37,343 bases of DNA from Campylobacterota bacterium (GTDB taxonomy: Bacteria > Campylobacterota > Campylobacteria > Campylobacterales > Sulfurimonadaceae): NCBI GenBank assembly GCA_034717975.1, contig JAYEMF010000099.1:1-37343 (forward strand), written 5' to 3'. The notes under the pieces were generated by a model. It worked only from the letters and a program-made list of their open reading frames with translations. It searched no databases and was not told the DNA's origin. This document shows, piece by piece, positions 1-8,195 of this stretch (its first letter is position 1; every line of letters begins with the position of its first letter). A program made the translations under genes and the position numbers.

Positions 1-473
1 AGAATTTTGAAAGTTTTTCGAATTTGTTTTTCCATGGATCACACTTAATAAATAATACTTATCTATTAACGGGGTTCTCTAATATTATATATAATGTATA
101 GAGATTGATGAAACTATGCTACTTCAAACTATGCCTAAAATAGGATTCTATAAACTATGTTACCCATAATATTTGTACGTCCCTTCTTAAAAAAGGGACA
201 AGATCTATATTTATGAATAAGCTCGAAAGCAATATGAATAGCATTGAGGCATTGGAATGCTACTAACTATTTGTAGTGATATTGCTGTTTGTACTGTAGT
301 CGATGAGAAAACCATTTAGTTAAAAATCAAAGTTATCTATTGAGTGACAGTCAGCAAAGGTGAAAACTCCATTGATGATTTGACTATCTCGGAGTATGCC
401 AGATAAAAGCGATTAGAATAAATCATGGTAAGATGGTAGATAACAAAATAATTTTACAAAGAAGGAGACGGTT

Positions 474-812
474 ATGTCAGATGAAAATCAAAAGATAGAA
501 CATGATACTGCGATATGGGAGCACGGTAAGTGTATTTCATCGCTTGACACTTCAAAATCAGATCTGAGCGATGTACGCAAAGAGATGATTAGATTTGCAC
601 TTGACTATCCTATTCACGATATCCGTACCTATGCCGGTTACAAGGGGGATCTGTTAGTTGAGATTACGATATCTGATTACACACTTCTTCCAGTGCTAAA
701 ATCTTATGCAGAGTCTCTAGGAATGAAGACAGCCATCAAAGAAAAATTTGATATTCGTATTCATGAAATTTATTGTATTACCCCTGATGAAGAGGTATAT
801 GGTATCAAATAA
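474..812 (+). CDS. Hypothetical protein (112 aa)
   Basis: Strong RBS (AAGGAG ~462-467) before ATG and protein-like composition; no family motif recognised. Confidence 0.75.
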   Translation: MSDENQKIEHDTAIWEHGKCISSLDTSKSDLSDVRKEMIRFALDYPIHDIRTYAGYKGDLLVEITISDYTLLPVLKSYAESLGMKTAIKEKFDIRIHEIYCITPDEEVYGIK

Positions 813-1208
813 CTGGTTTGCGTTAAGGGCATCTCTAGGCATCTGCCGATTTTAGTTCTGCTTCAAGAGCCACTCCGGTAAGTTGCAGGATTTCATCTAA
901 ATCTAACTTCTCGTTGTTTCTCAATCCTTATAGAGTATAAAACTCTACCAGAGTGACACAACATTTCTAACGTTCTTAATTTCTCGTTTTTGACTTAATT
1001 TAAGTGAAATCAGTCACAGTGTTATAAAACTTAATCACATCATCGCTTCCTATTAAAAATGCCGAGCCACTGAAAAGTGAGCGCTATTCTTTGAATGCCT
1101 ATATTGTATTTTTAACAGAATTTATCTACTTTAATTATAAAATGTATAGAAAAGTTGTACAATAGATATGAAGAAAATATTATCTTTATCTAGGAAAAGG
1201 AGGATGTT

Positions 1209-1406
1209 ATGACTGAAAAACGAATTGTAGAACGACGCTCGATAATAAATCGTCGTGCAGAAAGAACTGATCGCAGAGTCATAGATGTCATAGGTTACCT
1301 TACAGAAGAGCAAGGAAAAAGGGGAAATGACTCAGACAGACGTCATCATGAACGCCGATTTTTACATAGAAGAATCAAGGACTGGGTAAACAGGAATTTT
1401 GTATAA
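1209..1406 (+). CDS. Small arginine-rich [E/D/N]RR-repeat protein, copy A (65 aa)
   Basis: RBS AAGGAGGA at 1197-1204; ungapped paralogue of the 2225-2416 ORF (35/63 identical, counted by hand), which supports coding status. Confidence 0.85.
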   Translation: MTEKRIVERRSIINRRAERTDRRVIDVIGYLTEEQGKRGNDSDRRHHERRFLHRRIKDWVNRNFV

Positions 1407-1545
1407 AAGAGGGAGAGTGTTCATTTCAAGAAAAAACCATCTAGAAAATAATGCCTTTTAAACCATTTTCACCACCAAAAAGGAGGGGTAGGTTTGCTGA
1501 ATTTCACATATACTTGTTAACTTCATTGATAAAATATTATCAATT

Positions 1546-2019
1546 TCATATGTTTTCTAACGAAATAAATTCAAAGAGATAGGGTGAGTTTTCAGCACCA
1601 ATCCTGATAAAATCCCCATCTTTAAGTAGATGGTTTGCCCCTTTATCTTGACCACCTATCACTTCATCATTAATAGTTATACCGCAGGCACTGTGCCTGT
1701 CTGTGAGAATATAACCACTTTCATCTTTTTCGATTTGAAGATGTTCCCGTGAAATGTGCAGCAGATCGCCGTTGTCAACAAGGTAGATATCGTTGTTCGG
1801 TTTGCTATCATCACTAAGCTTGTGTCTTTCAGCAATGACCTGTTTTCCCTTGACGAGATGTATACGGGATTCTCTTCCTATACGACATGGGAACTCCCAT
1901 ATGCCAATGATACCTTCACCCAGGCAATCTTTGATAATGGCACGCTTTGCTTCAACTGTTTTAGCTTTCAAAACTGCTTTGGGGGTAACTTTTTCTAATA
2001 AACTCTTTTTATCACTCAT
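1546..2019 (-). CDS. Stand-alone FHA domain protein (157 aa)
   Basis: FHA motifs RIGR, ISREH, D-x-x-S-A-C-G (usually S-x-N-G) and LKDGDFIRIG; purine-rich RBS GAGGGAAG. Confidence 0.85.
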   Translation of the reverse strand: MSDKKSLLEKVTPKAVLKAKTVEAKRAIIKDCLGEGIIGIWEFPCRIGRESRIHLVKGKQVIAERHKLSDDSKPNNDIYLVDNGDLLHISREHLQIEKDESGYILTDRHSACGITINDEVIGGQDKGANHLLKDGDFIRIGAENSPYLFEFISLENI

Positions 2020-2115
2020 TTAGCTTCCCTCTTTCAATCGATCAGAATTAACTTTATAAATGCTAACCAAGAGCCACTTTAAATTCTATGAATTGAGCAC
2101 TCTCTAACTTTACAA

Positions 2116-2133
2116 AATACCTGCGGAGGTATT
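2116..2133 (-). terminator. Possible terminator hairpin between copy B and the FHA gene
   Basis: 7-bp perfect stem AATACCT/AGGTATT with 4-nt loop, followed by a short T run on the minus strand. Confidence 0.35.
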
Positions 2134-2224
2134 CTTCGATAAATAACGAAAGCCCGGGGAGTGTTAGAAATTTCGTATCAGACCGATAGAATATTAAATT
2201 CTAAAGGAATAATACATGAAACAC

Positions 2225-2416
2225 TCAAAGAGCTGTTATCTGGTCCGTTTTTCTTCTATGTAAAACTCGGCGTCCATTATTACGCCTGTCTGAGTCATTT
2301 TTCCTTTGACCTTGATCTACTGTAAAGTATCCTATTCCATCTCTGATTCTGCGCTCAGTTCTTGCTGTACGACGATCAACCGATGACCGACGTACATTAA
2401 TTCGCTTTTCAACCAT
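2225..2416 (-). CDS. Small arginine-rich [E/D/N]RR-repeat protein, copy B (63 aa)
   Basis: RBS AAGGAGGA (2421-2428, minus); paralogue of 1209-1406. Confidence 0.85.
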   Translation of the reverse strand: MVEKRINVRRSSVDRRTARTERRIRDGIGYFTVDQGQRKNDSDRRNNGRRVLHRRKTDQITAL

Positions 2417-2473
2417 AATATCCTCCTTTAGTTCTCCAAGTAAACCATGATGATATTTCTCTTACTATATCAT

Positions 2474-2491
2474 AAGCAACTTGTGTACCCA
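2474..2491 (-). promoter_or_regulatory. Candidate sigma54 (RpoN) -24/-12 promoter of copy B
   Basis: Minus strand reads TGGGTACACAAGTTGCTT: GG-N10-GC with ACA after GG-T and TTGCTT at -12, about 57 nt upstream of the ATG. Confidence 0.5.
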
Positions 2492-2631
2492 GTGAGTCAG
2501 TGATTTATTGGATAATTGGGGTAATGAAAAAAATGAGCCTCTAAAACCCTTTTGAAAGTACGCTAAATACGGCTTAAAGCCCTTATTTATGTGGTTGTTT
2601 GGATTATTTTGGATGTTATTAGATTGTGGAT

Positions 2632-3011
2632 TGGTGGAGCTGTGGAGAATCGAACTCCAGTCCAAAAACAAGCTACTAATGGCGTCTACAAGCTTAGAAA
2701 CATTGTTTATTTTAACTTAGCTTCATACAATGTGCAAAACTACACTAAGCGAGTCTCTAACTTCATCTTTGGTCGAAACACTCCAAAGATATACCCACAC
2801 AGGCTATGATACCCTTGAACCCGCTAATGTGAGCTTTGCGGTAAGAGCAGTCCTCCTCCGAAGAGGGGTTATATACTTACGCTACTGCGTAAGCTGGACG
2901 GTAGTTACTGTTGTTAGCAGTTAAAAAAATTAGGATTTGCGTAACGGGTGTTCCTATTCACCCGACTTGCAACCAAAAGCCACCAGTTCCTGTCGAAACC
3001 AAGTCAGCCCC
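2632..3011 (-). ncRNA. ssrA: tmRNA (transfer-messenger RNA), 380 nt
   Basis: 5' end GGGGCTGACTTGGTTTCGACAGG; 3' end GGACTGGAGTTCGATTCTCCACAGCTCCACCA with T-arm and CCA; internal tag frame present. Confidence 0.97.
2877..2918 (-). other. tmRNA proteolysis tag reading frame (A)ANNSNYRPAYAVA*
   Basis: Minus strand TAACT|GCT AAC AAC AGT AAC TAC CGT CCA GCT TAC GCA GTA GCG TAA; typical resume context and hydrophobic, Ala-ending tag. Confidence 0.92.
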
Positions 3012-3039
3012 AGATTTTGTAGAGTGTAATTATAGCGTA

Positions 3040-3780
3040 TTATTCGTTTATGAGAGATTTGATGGTTCGTGCCATGGTACGGCACTGGTCAATTTTTTGC
3101 GTGTAGGTAAGATCGTCCTGCAGCAGGATATTAATGAAAGCGGAACCGACAATAACACCATCAACACCTTTGACTTTCTCTCTGGCTGTTTTCTCGTTTA
3201 CACCAAAGCCGACATAGACCGGTGTTTGCGTATATTTTTTAATCGATGTTACGATTGGTTGAAGATCTTCAGAGTGCCCGGCACCGGTAATACCGGCATA
3301 CGCTACAAGGTAGATAAACTTTTTGGCATCAGTGACAATCTCTTTGATACGGGCTTCTGTATCCGTCGGAGCGACGAATGCTATATTGGCAAGGTTGTTT
3401 GCATCGAAAAGTTCACGATAGCTAAGCGCTTCTTCATGCGGCAGATCAGGAATTATCAACCCGCTTAAGCCAAGCTCAGCTGCTTTTGGCGCCAGTTTTT
3501 CCATACCGTATTGGTAAAATGGGTTGAAATAGCCCATCCATAAGGTATCTACTTTCGGTGCGATCTCCGCAGAGATATCGAGCAGGTCGCTAAAACGAAA
3601 CCCATCTTCAAGAGCATGGAAATTTGCTTTTTCTATAACCGGGCCATCAGCTACCGGGTCAGAAAAGGGAACGCCGAGCTCGATGCTGTCAACGCCGCTC
3701 TCTCCCAACGCCAGTGCAAGATCCACACTGAACGATTTTTCGGGATACCCCGAGGTAATATAAGCTACGAGTTGCTTCAA
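3040..3780 (-). CDS. trpA: Tryptophan synthase alpha subunit
   Basis: IELGVPFSDPVADGPVI, IPDLP, GITG, VGFGV, DGVIVGSA motifs; TTG start overlaps the upstream stop codon (TTGA). Confidence 0.97.
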   Translation of the reverse strand: MKQLVAYITSGYPEKSFSVDLALALGESGVDSIELGVPFSDPVADGPVIEKANFHALEDGFRFSDLLDISAEIAPKVDTLWMGYFNPFYQYGMEKLAPKAAELGLSGLIIPDLPHEEALSYRELFDANNLANIAFVAPTDTEARIKEIVTDAKKFIYLVAYAGITGAGHSEDLQPIVTSIKKYTQTPVYVGFGVNEKTAREKVKGVDGVIVGSAFINILLQDDLTYTQKIDQCRTMARTIKSLINE

Positions 3781-4181
3781 GCCGTCTCCAGATCGGGAAG
3801 TTTCAATAGGGAAAATTTAATTTTTACAAGATCATTGTCAAGCTTCAAGTCATCTTGCCACTGCATAAAGGTATCGTTGATCTCCAACAGCCAGTTGACA
3901 ACTTCATCATTAGCAGGTCCTGGATAGGTACGCATCTGCTCAAGTGCATCTTCCACGAAAGTGGAGAGACGAATCATCGGTTCCATCTGCAGGAAACTCG
4001 AGGCTGATTTAATGTTATGAAAGATCCGGAAAAGTTCCTCCAAACTGCGTTCATAACGCTGTTCGCTGCCAAGATCGATAATGAGACCCTCCATCACTTC
4101 AATCATCATCGCGTAATGGTCTAAAAACTCATCAACGATCTCAAAATCGAAGTTTTCTTCTAATTCTCGGCGTACACCCAT
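3777..4181 (-). CDS. Stand-alone Hpt (histidine phosphotransfer, CheA-P1-like) protein
   Basis: LFRIFHNIKSAS phospho-His motif and VEDAL helix. Start moved to ATG 4181 (MGVRRE) because AGGAG precedes it and a TGGTATAAT box lies at 4207-4215. Confidence 0.88.
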   Translation of the reverse strand: MGVRRELEENFDFEIVDEFLDHYAMMIEVMEGLIIDLGSEQRYERSLEELFRIFHNIKSASSFLQMEPMIRLSTFVEDALEQMRTYPGPANDEVVNWLLEINDTFMQWQDDLKLDNDLVKIKFSLLKLPDLETA

Positions 4182-4206
4182 ATGATTTTTCTCCTGTGTC
4201 ATGGAA

Positions 4207-4230
4207 ATTATACCACTTTTTGGTTAAAAT
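4207..4230. promoter_or_regulatory. Divergent sigma70 -10 boxes for the Hpt-trpA and panB-ruvB units
   Basis: Extended -10 TGGTATAAT on minus (4215-4207); TAAAAT on plus (4225-4230). Confidence 0.6.
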
Positions 4231-4359
4231 CCATTCTAGTTATTCAGGGACGTCAAATGAGCAAAGCCCATTAGATTACGTTAACAGTAAGTTTGCTTCA
4301 ACAGCAAGCTCATGCACAGATAAACCGTGCTTTTTATATAGATAATTCAGGTACATTTT

Positions 4360-5151
4360 ATGCAAAAAAAACTGACAATCCACTCGATTCAAAAAGCTAA
4401 AGATGAGCGTCCACTGGTCATGATCACGGCCTATGACGCCCTCTTCGCTAAACTCTTCGACCCCATCGCCGACATCATTCTCGTCGGTGACAGTCTAAAT
4501 ATGAGTTTTGCCGGGGCACCCGATACCCTCAGTGCCACACTTAAGCAAATGATATACCACACCCAGGCCGTCTGCCAAGGTGCACCAAATAGTTTTGTCA
4601 TCTGTGACATGCCGTTTGGCACCTATACGACCAATGAAAAAGCACTCGAAAATGCGATCGAGGTATTTCAGCAGACTAAAGCCGACGCCATCAAGATCGA
4701 AGGCGGTTCGGACAAAGCTGATCTGATCGCTCATCTCTGCAGCAACGGCATTGCTGTATGCGGACATATCGGGCTGCTGCCACAGTTGGTACGTTCAGAT
4801 GGCGGCTACCGGGTCAAAGGCAAAGATGAGTCACAGGCACGCCAACTCATTGAAGATGCCAAAGCTGTTGAAGCCGCCGGCGCATTTTGTATGGTGATCG
4901 AAGGGGTCAAAGCAGATGTTGCTGCTGAAGTAGCCAAAGCTGTTTCAGTACCGGTAATCGGTATCGGTGCCGGGAGTGAAGTGGATGGCCAGGTTCTTGT
5001 CTTTTCCGATATGCTTGGACTGTTTGAAGCGTTCACTCCAAAATTTGTCAAAAAATACCTTAACGGAGCCGACCTGGTCAAGGAAGCGGTTTCACGTTAT
5101 GCCGATGAAGTGAAGAGTCGTGAGTTTCCCGAAGAGATTCACACCTATTGA
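4360..5151 (+). CDS. panB: 3-methyl-2-oxobutanoate hydroxymethyltransferase
   Basis: ITAYD, ILVGDSL, DMPF, KIEGG, GHIGLLPQ, IGIGAG, DGQVLV motifs. Confidence 0.97.
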   Translation: MQKKLTIHSIQKAKDERPLVMITAYDALFAKLFDPIADIILVGDSLNMSFAGAPDTLSATLKQMIYHTQAVCQGAPNSFVICDMPFGTYTTNEKALENAIEVFQQTKADAIKIEGGSDKADLIAHLCSNGIAVCGHIGLLPQLVRSDGGYRVKGKDESQARQLIEDAKAVEAAGAFCMVIEGVKADVAAEVAKAVSVPVIGIGAGSEVDGQVLVFSDMLGLFEAFTPKFVKKYLNGADLVKEAVSRYADEVKSREFPEEIHTY

Positions 5152-5293
5152 TGGTTTTCTTGAACATGAACAAAACAAGGGTACCGCTCGCAAAACGATG
5201 TTTCCTGAAAGCCCCTATTCTATTCATTGCACTAAAGCTTCACCTATCGGTGAGAGAAGATGTACAAGTGCCAAAGTGTAACGAGGAAGCGTA

Positions 5294-6307
5294 ATGGAAC
5301 GTCTGGTAGAGATTGAAAAGTTTGACAGTGAGGAAGTGGCCGAAAACACGCTGCGTCCCGATGGCTGGAGTGACTACATCGGTCAGGAACAGATCAAAAA
5401 AAATCTCGGTGTCTTTATTGAAGCGAGTAAGAAACGGGAGGAGTCTCTCGATCACGTCCTCTTTTATGGCCCTCCCGGTCTTGGTAAAACAACCTTGGCT
5501 CTTATCATCGCCAATGAGATGGGCACCAACATCAAAGTCACCGCAGCACCGATGATCGAAAAGAGTGGGGATCTGGCTGCCATTTTGACCAATCTCGAAG
5601 AGGGAGACATTCTCTTTATCGATGAGATACACCGCCTATCACCTGCTGTCGAGGAGATTCTTTACCCCTCGATGGAAGATTTTCGGCTTGATATCATCAT
5701 CGGCAGTGGTCCCGCAGCGCAGACTGTCAAGATCGACCTGCCCCGTTTTACTCTCATCGGGGCAACAACGCGTGCCGGTATGCTCTCAAATCCGCTTCGT
5801 GATCGTTTCGGGATGAATTTTCGTATGAATTTCTACTCCAATGACGAGCTTTCCCGGATCATTATGCAGGCCTCTTCAAAACTCAATAAAGAGATAGAGA
5901 AAGAGGCCTCATTTGAAATTGCCCGCCGAAGCCGTGGAACACCGCGGATCGCACTGCGCCTGCTTAAACGGGTACGTGACTTCTCTGATGTGGCGGACGA
6001 AGAGCATATTCACCGTGAACGCACAGCCTATGCACTTAATGAACTTGGCATCAATGCGCACGGATTTGACGAGATGGATATTCGACTGCTTCAGCTCCTG
6101 GTCAATGCCAAAGGAAAGGCGATGGGGCTAAGCACGATTGCCGCGGCACTGAGCGAAGATGAGGGAACGGTAGAGGATGTACTCGAGCCCTATCTTCTGG
6201 CAAACGGTTTTTTGGAACGCACCGCCAGAGGGCGTATTGCCACATCAAAAACCTACGAAGTACTGAAATTTAAACTACCACACTCCGATCAAAGCCTTTT
6301 TGAATGA
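5294..6307 (+). CDS. ruvB: Holliday junction branch migration helicase RuvB
   Basis: [12 protein letters not shown] Walker [23 protein letters not shown] motifs. Confidence 0.98.
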   Translation: MERLVEIEKFDSEEVAENTLRPDGWSDYIGQEQIKKNLGVFIEASKKREESLDHVLFYGPPGLGKTTLALIIANEMGTNIKVTAAPMIEKSGDLAAILTNLEEGDILFIDEIHRLSPAVEEILYPSMEDFRLDIIIGSGPAAQTVKIDLPRFTLIGATTRAGMLSNPLRDRFGMNFRMNFYSNDELSRIIMQASSKLNKEIEKEASFEIARRSRGTPRIALRLLKRVRDFSDVADEEHIHRERTAYALNELGINAHGFDEMDIRLLQLLVNAKGKAMGLSTIAAALSEDEGTVEDVLEPYLLANGFLERTARGRIATSKTYEVLKFKLPHSDQSLFE

Positions 6308-7338
6308 AATCGCAACACTTCCTGGCCTTACTGTTTGTTGCGGCCTTTTACTGGATGTACCTGCTCTATCAGCCATTTTTGCTTAGCATCATCATTGCAT
6401 CGCTGCTTGCCATCTCCACTGCCAATATCCAGCACAAGCTAGAGGGATACACCAACTCGGCTCTATTGGCATCCATCGGATCAACCCTGCTTTTAGCACT
6501 GCTCTTTTTTGCGCCACTGGGCTACTTTTTAACAACCGTGACACTTTACCTCAATACACTTGATGCCGATACAATTGAAACACTTTACGGCAGAATGCTC
6601 GATTGGATCGATCACACACCAAGCTTTCTTGCCTTTCTCAAGCCCCAACTCGAAACGGCTATTGATGGTGTAGGTCTTGGTAATCTGGCCGGCAATGCAC
6701 TTTTGATAGCAGGAAAGATCGGTGGGTATAGTGCCAGCTTTTTAAAAAATGCGCTCTTCATCATCATCTTTTACTTTTTTGCCAACTACAACGGCAGAGC
6801 GATTATCAACTTCTTTAAAAAAGTGATACGCCTTCCCCAACAGGACACAACACTTCTTGGTTTTGAGCTCTCATCCGTGATGAGTGTCGTTTTTTACTCC
6901 ATTATCGCCACCGCGATGTTTGAAGGGGCCCTCTTCGGTATTGCCGTGAAATTTATGGGATATGACGGATTGCTTTTTGGGATCATGTATGGTTTCGCAT
7001 CGCTTATTCCCGTAGTCGGCGGAGCTTTGATGTGGCTTCCGTTTATGTTCTATGAGTTATCTCATGGTCATACCGGCAGTGCTGTTTTTATTGCACTCTA
7101 CTCGATTATCGTGATCTCCATCATCGCCGATACCTTTATCAAACCGATGATCATCAAGTATATCAATTTTCGCGTAATAAAAATGGAAGCAAAGATGAAT
7201 GAACTGCTTATCTTTTTTGCGATTATCGCAGGATTGAGCAGCTTTGGATTTTGGGGGATGATATTAGGACCGGCCATCACTGCCTTTTTCCTGGCTCTGA
7301 TCAAACTGGTTGAACAGTATCCAAAACAAGAAGCTTAA
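6304..7338 (+). CDS. AI-2E family transporter (PerM/UPF0118-like membrane protein)
   Basis: Multi-TM protein with SLIPVVG, DTFIKP and [10 protein letters not shown] motifs; ATGA overlap with ruvB. Confidence 0.9.
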   Translation: MKSQHFLALLFVAAFYWMYLLYQPFLLSIIIASLLAISTANIQHKLEGYTNSALLASIGSTLLLALLFFAPLGYFLTTVTLYLNTLDADTIETLYGRMLDWIDHTPSFLAFLKPQLETAIDGVGLGNLAGNALLIAGKIGGYSASFLKNALFIIIFYFFANYNGRAIINFFKKVIRLPQQDTTLLGFELSSVMSVVFYSIIATAMFEGALFGIAVKFMGYDGLLFGIMYGFASLIPVVGGALMWLPFMFYELSHGHTGSAVFIALYSIIVISIIADTFIKPMIIKYINFRVIKMEAKMNELLIFFAIIAGLSSFGFWGMILGPAITAFFLALIKLVEQYPKQEA

Positions 7339-7355
7339 TGGTCCGAGCGGAGAGT

Positions 7356-8195
7356 TTATCGCTTTGTCTGGATTACTCTTTTATTGACCAACAGCCCAAT
7401 AACAACCGCAGCCATGATCATCATAACACTCAATAGCTGACCCATCGTCATCCAGCCGCAGCAGATAAATCCAAGCTGTGGATCAGGTTCACGCCAGAAC
7501 TCTGCAATAAAACGCATCCAGCCATACGCAAATCCATACATCAATATCAATGCTCCATTAAAATGCTTCCAGCGGCGGTAGACAAAGATGATCATAAACA
7601 CCATGAAACCCTCTAAAAAAGCCTCATAGAGCTGTGAAGGGTGACGCATAACACCATCAACATAAATAGCCCATGGCATCTCCGTCGTACGGCCAATGAT
7701 CTCTTTATTTAAAAAGTTACCGACTCTTCCAAAGATATACCCTATCGGTACGGCTAACGCCACCACATCCATGATCTCACCAAAGGAGATCTCTTTATGA
7801 CGTTTGTAATAGAGCAGCGATCCCAGGAACCATCCAATCACGGCTCCATGATAACTCATACCGCGAATCCCTACAAACTCACCATTTTGATAAGGATTGA
7901 ACATCTGCCACGGTTGGCTCAGATAATAGAGTGTATTGGGATCATAAAAGAGGATATACCCCAAGCGCGCACCTAAGATAATGCCCACTTCGATGTAAAT
8001 GAAGTAGTCATCCAGTTGTGACTGTGTCATCTTTGTCTTATCTCGTTTGATCATCCATTTTGCAGCGAACAGAGCACCCAACAGTGCCAGCACGTACATT
8101 ATGCCATACCAATGAACCGGTATCGAGAAAAGGTTAAAGGCCACCGGGTCAAAATGATCGTAGATATGATTCCAAAATTCCATGACTTGATTCAT
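7356..8195 (-). CDS. lgt: Prolipoprotein diacylglyceryl transferase
   Basis: HWYG, GARLGY, GMSYHG, GRVGNFLN, RHPSQLYE, RFIAEFWREPD motifs. Confidence 0.97.
   Translation of the reverse strand: MNQVMEFWNHIYDHFDPVAFNLFSIPVHWYGIMYVLALLGALFAAKWMIKRDKTKMTQSQLDDYFIYIEVGIILGARLGYILFYDPNTLYYLSQPWQMFNPYQNGEFVGIRGMSYHGAVIGWFLGSLLYYKRHKEISFGEIMDVVALAVPIGYIFGRVGNFLNKEIIGRTTEMPWAIYVDGVMRHPSQLYEAFLEGFMVFMIIFVYRRWKHFNGALILMYGFAYGWMRFIAEFWREPDPQLGFICCGWMTMGQLLSVMMIMAAVVIGLLVNKRVIQTKR

Larger units (their letters stand above)
1..2631. mobile_element. Probable genomic island or island remnant at the tmRNA 3' end (left boundary not in window)
   Basis: Abrupt shift to AT-rich, gene-sparse, non-core DNA right after the ssrA CCA end; ssrA is an established integration hotspot. 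No integrase or duplicated att core seen. Confidence 0.5.

Noticed and set aside
1..35. Possible minus-strand gene start MEKQIRKTFKI running off the window
   Set aside because: Only 11 codons visible and no convincing RBS; cannot be supported from this window.
1060..1090. CACT-GAAA-AGTG hairpin resembling half of a c-di-GMP-I riboswitch upstream of copy A
   Set aside because: Lacks the GGCAAA and GACGCAAA flanks and the second stem with tetraloop receptor.
1461..1480. CACCACCA as a possible duplicated tmRNA 3' end (att core)
   Set aside because: Wrong orientation relative to ssrA and too short and imperfect.
1525..1544. TTGAT...ATCAA palindrome as an FNR/CRP-family box
   Set aside because: Spacer is 8 nt rather than 4 and it lies between convergent 3' ends; more likely an AT-rich hairpin.
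2465..2924. Track ORFs 2465-2671, 2591-2809 and 2730-2924
   Set aside because: They overlap the tmRNA gene and its flank; no RBS or protein-like motifs.
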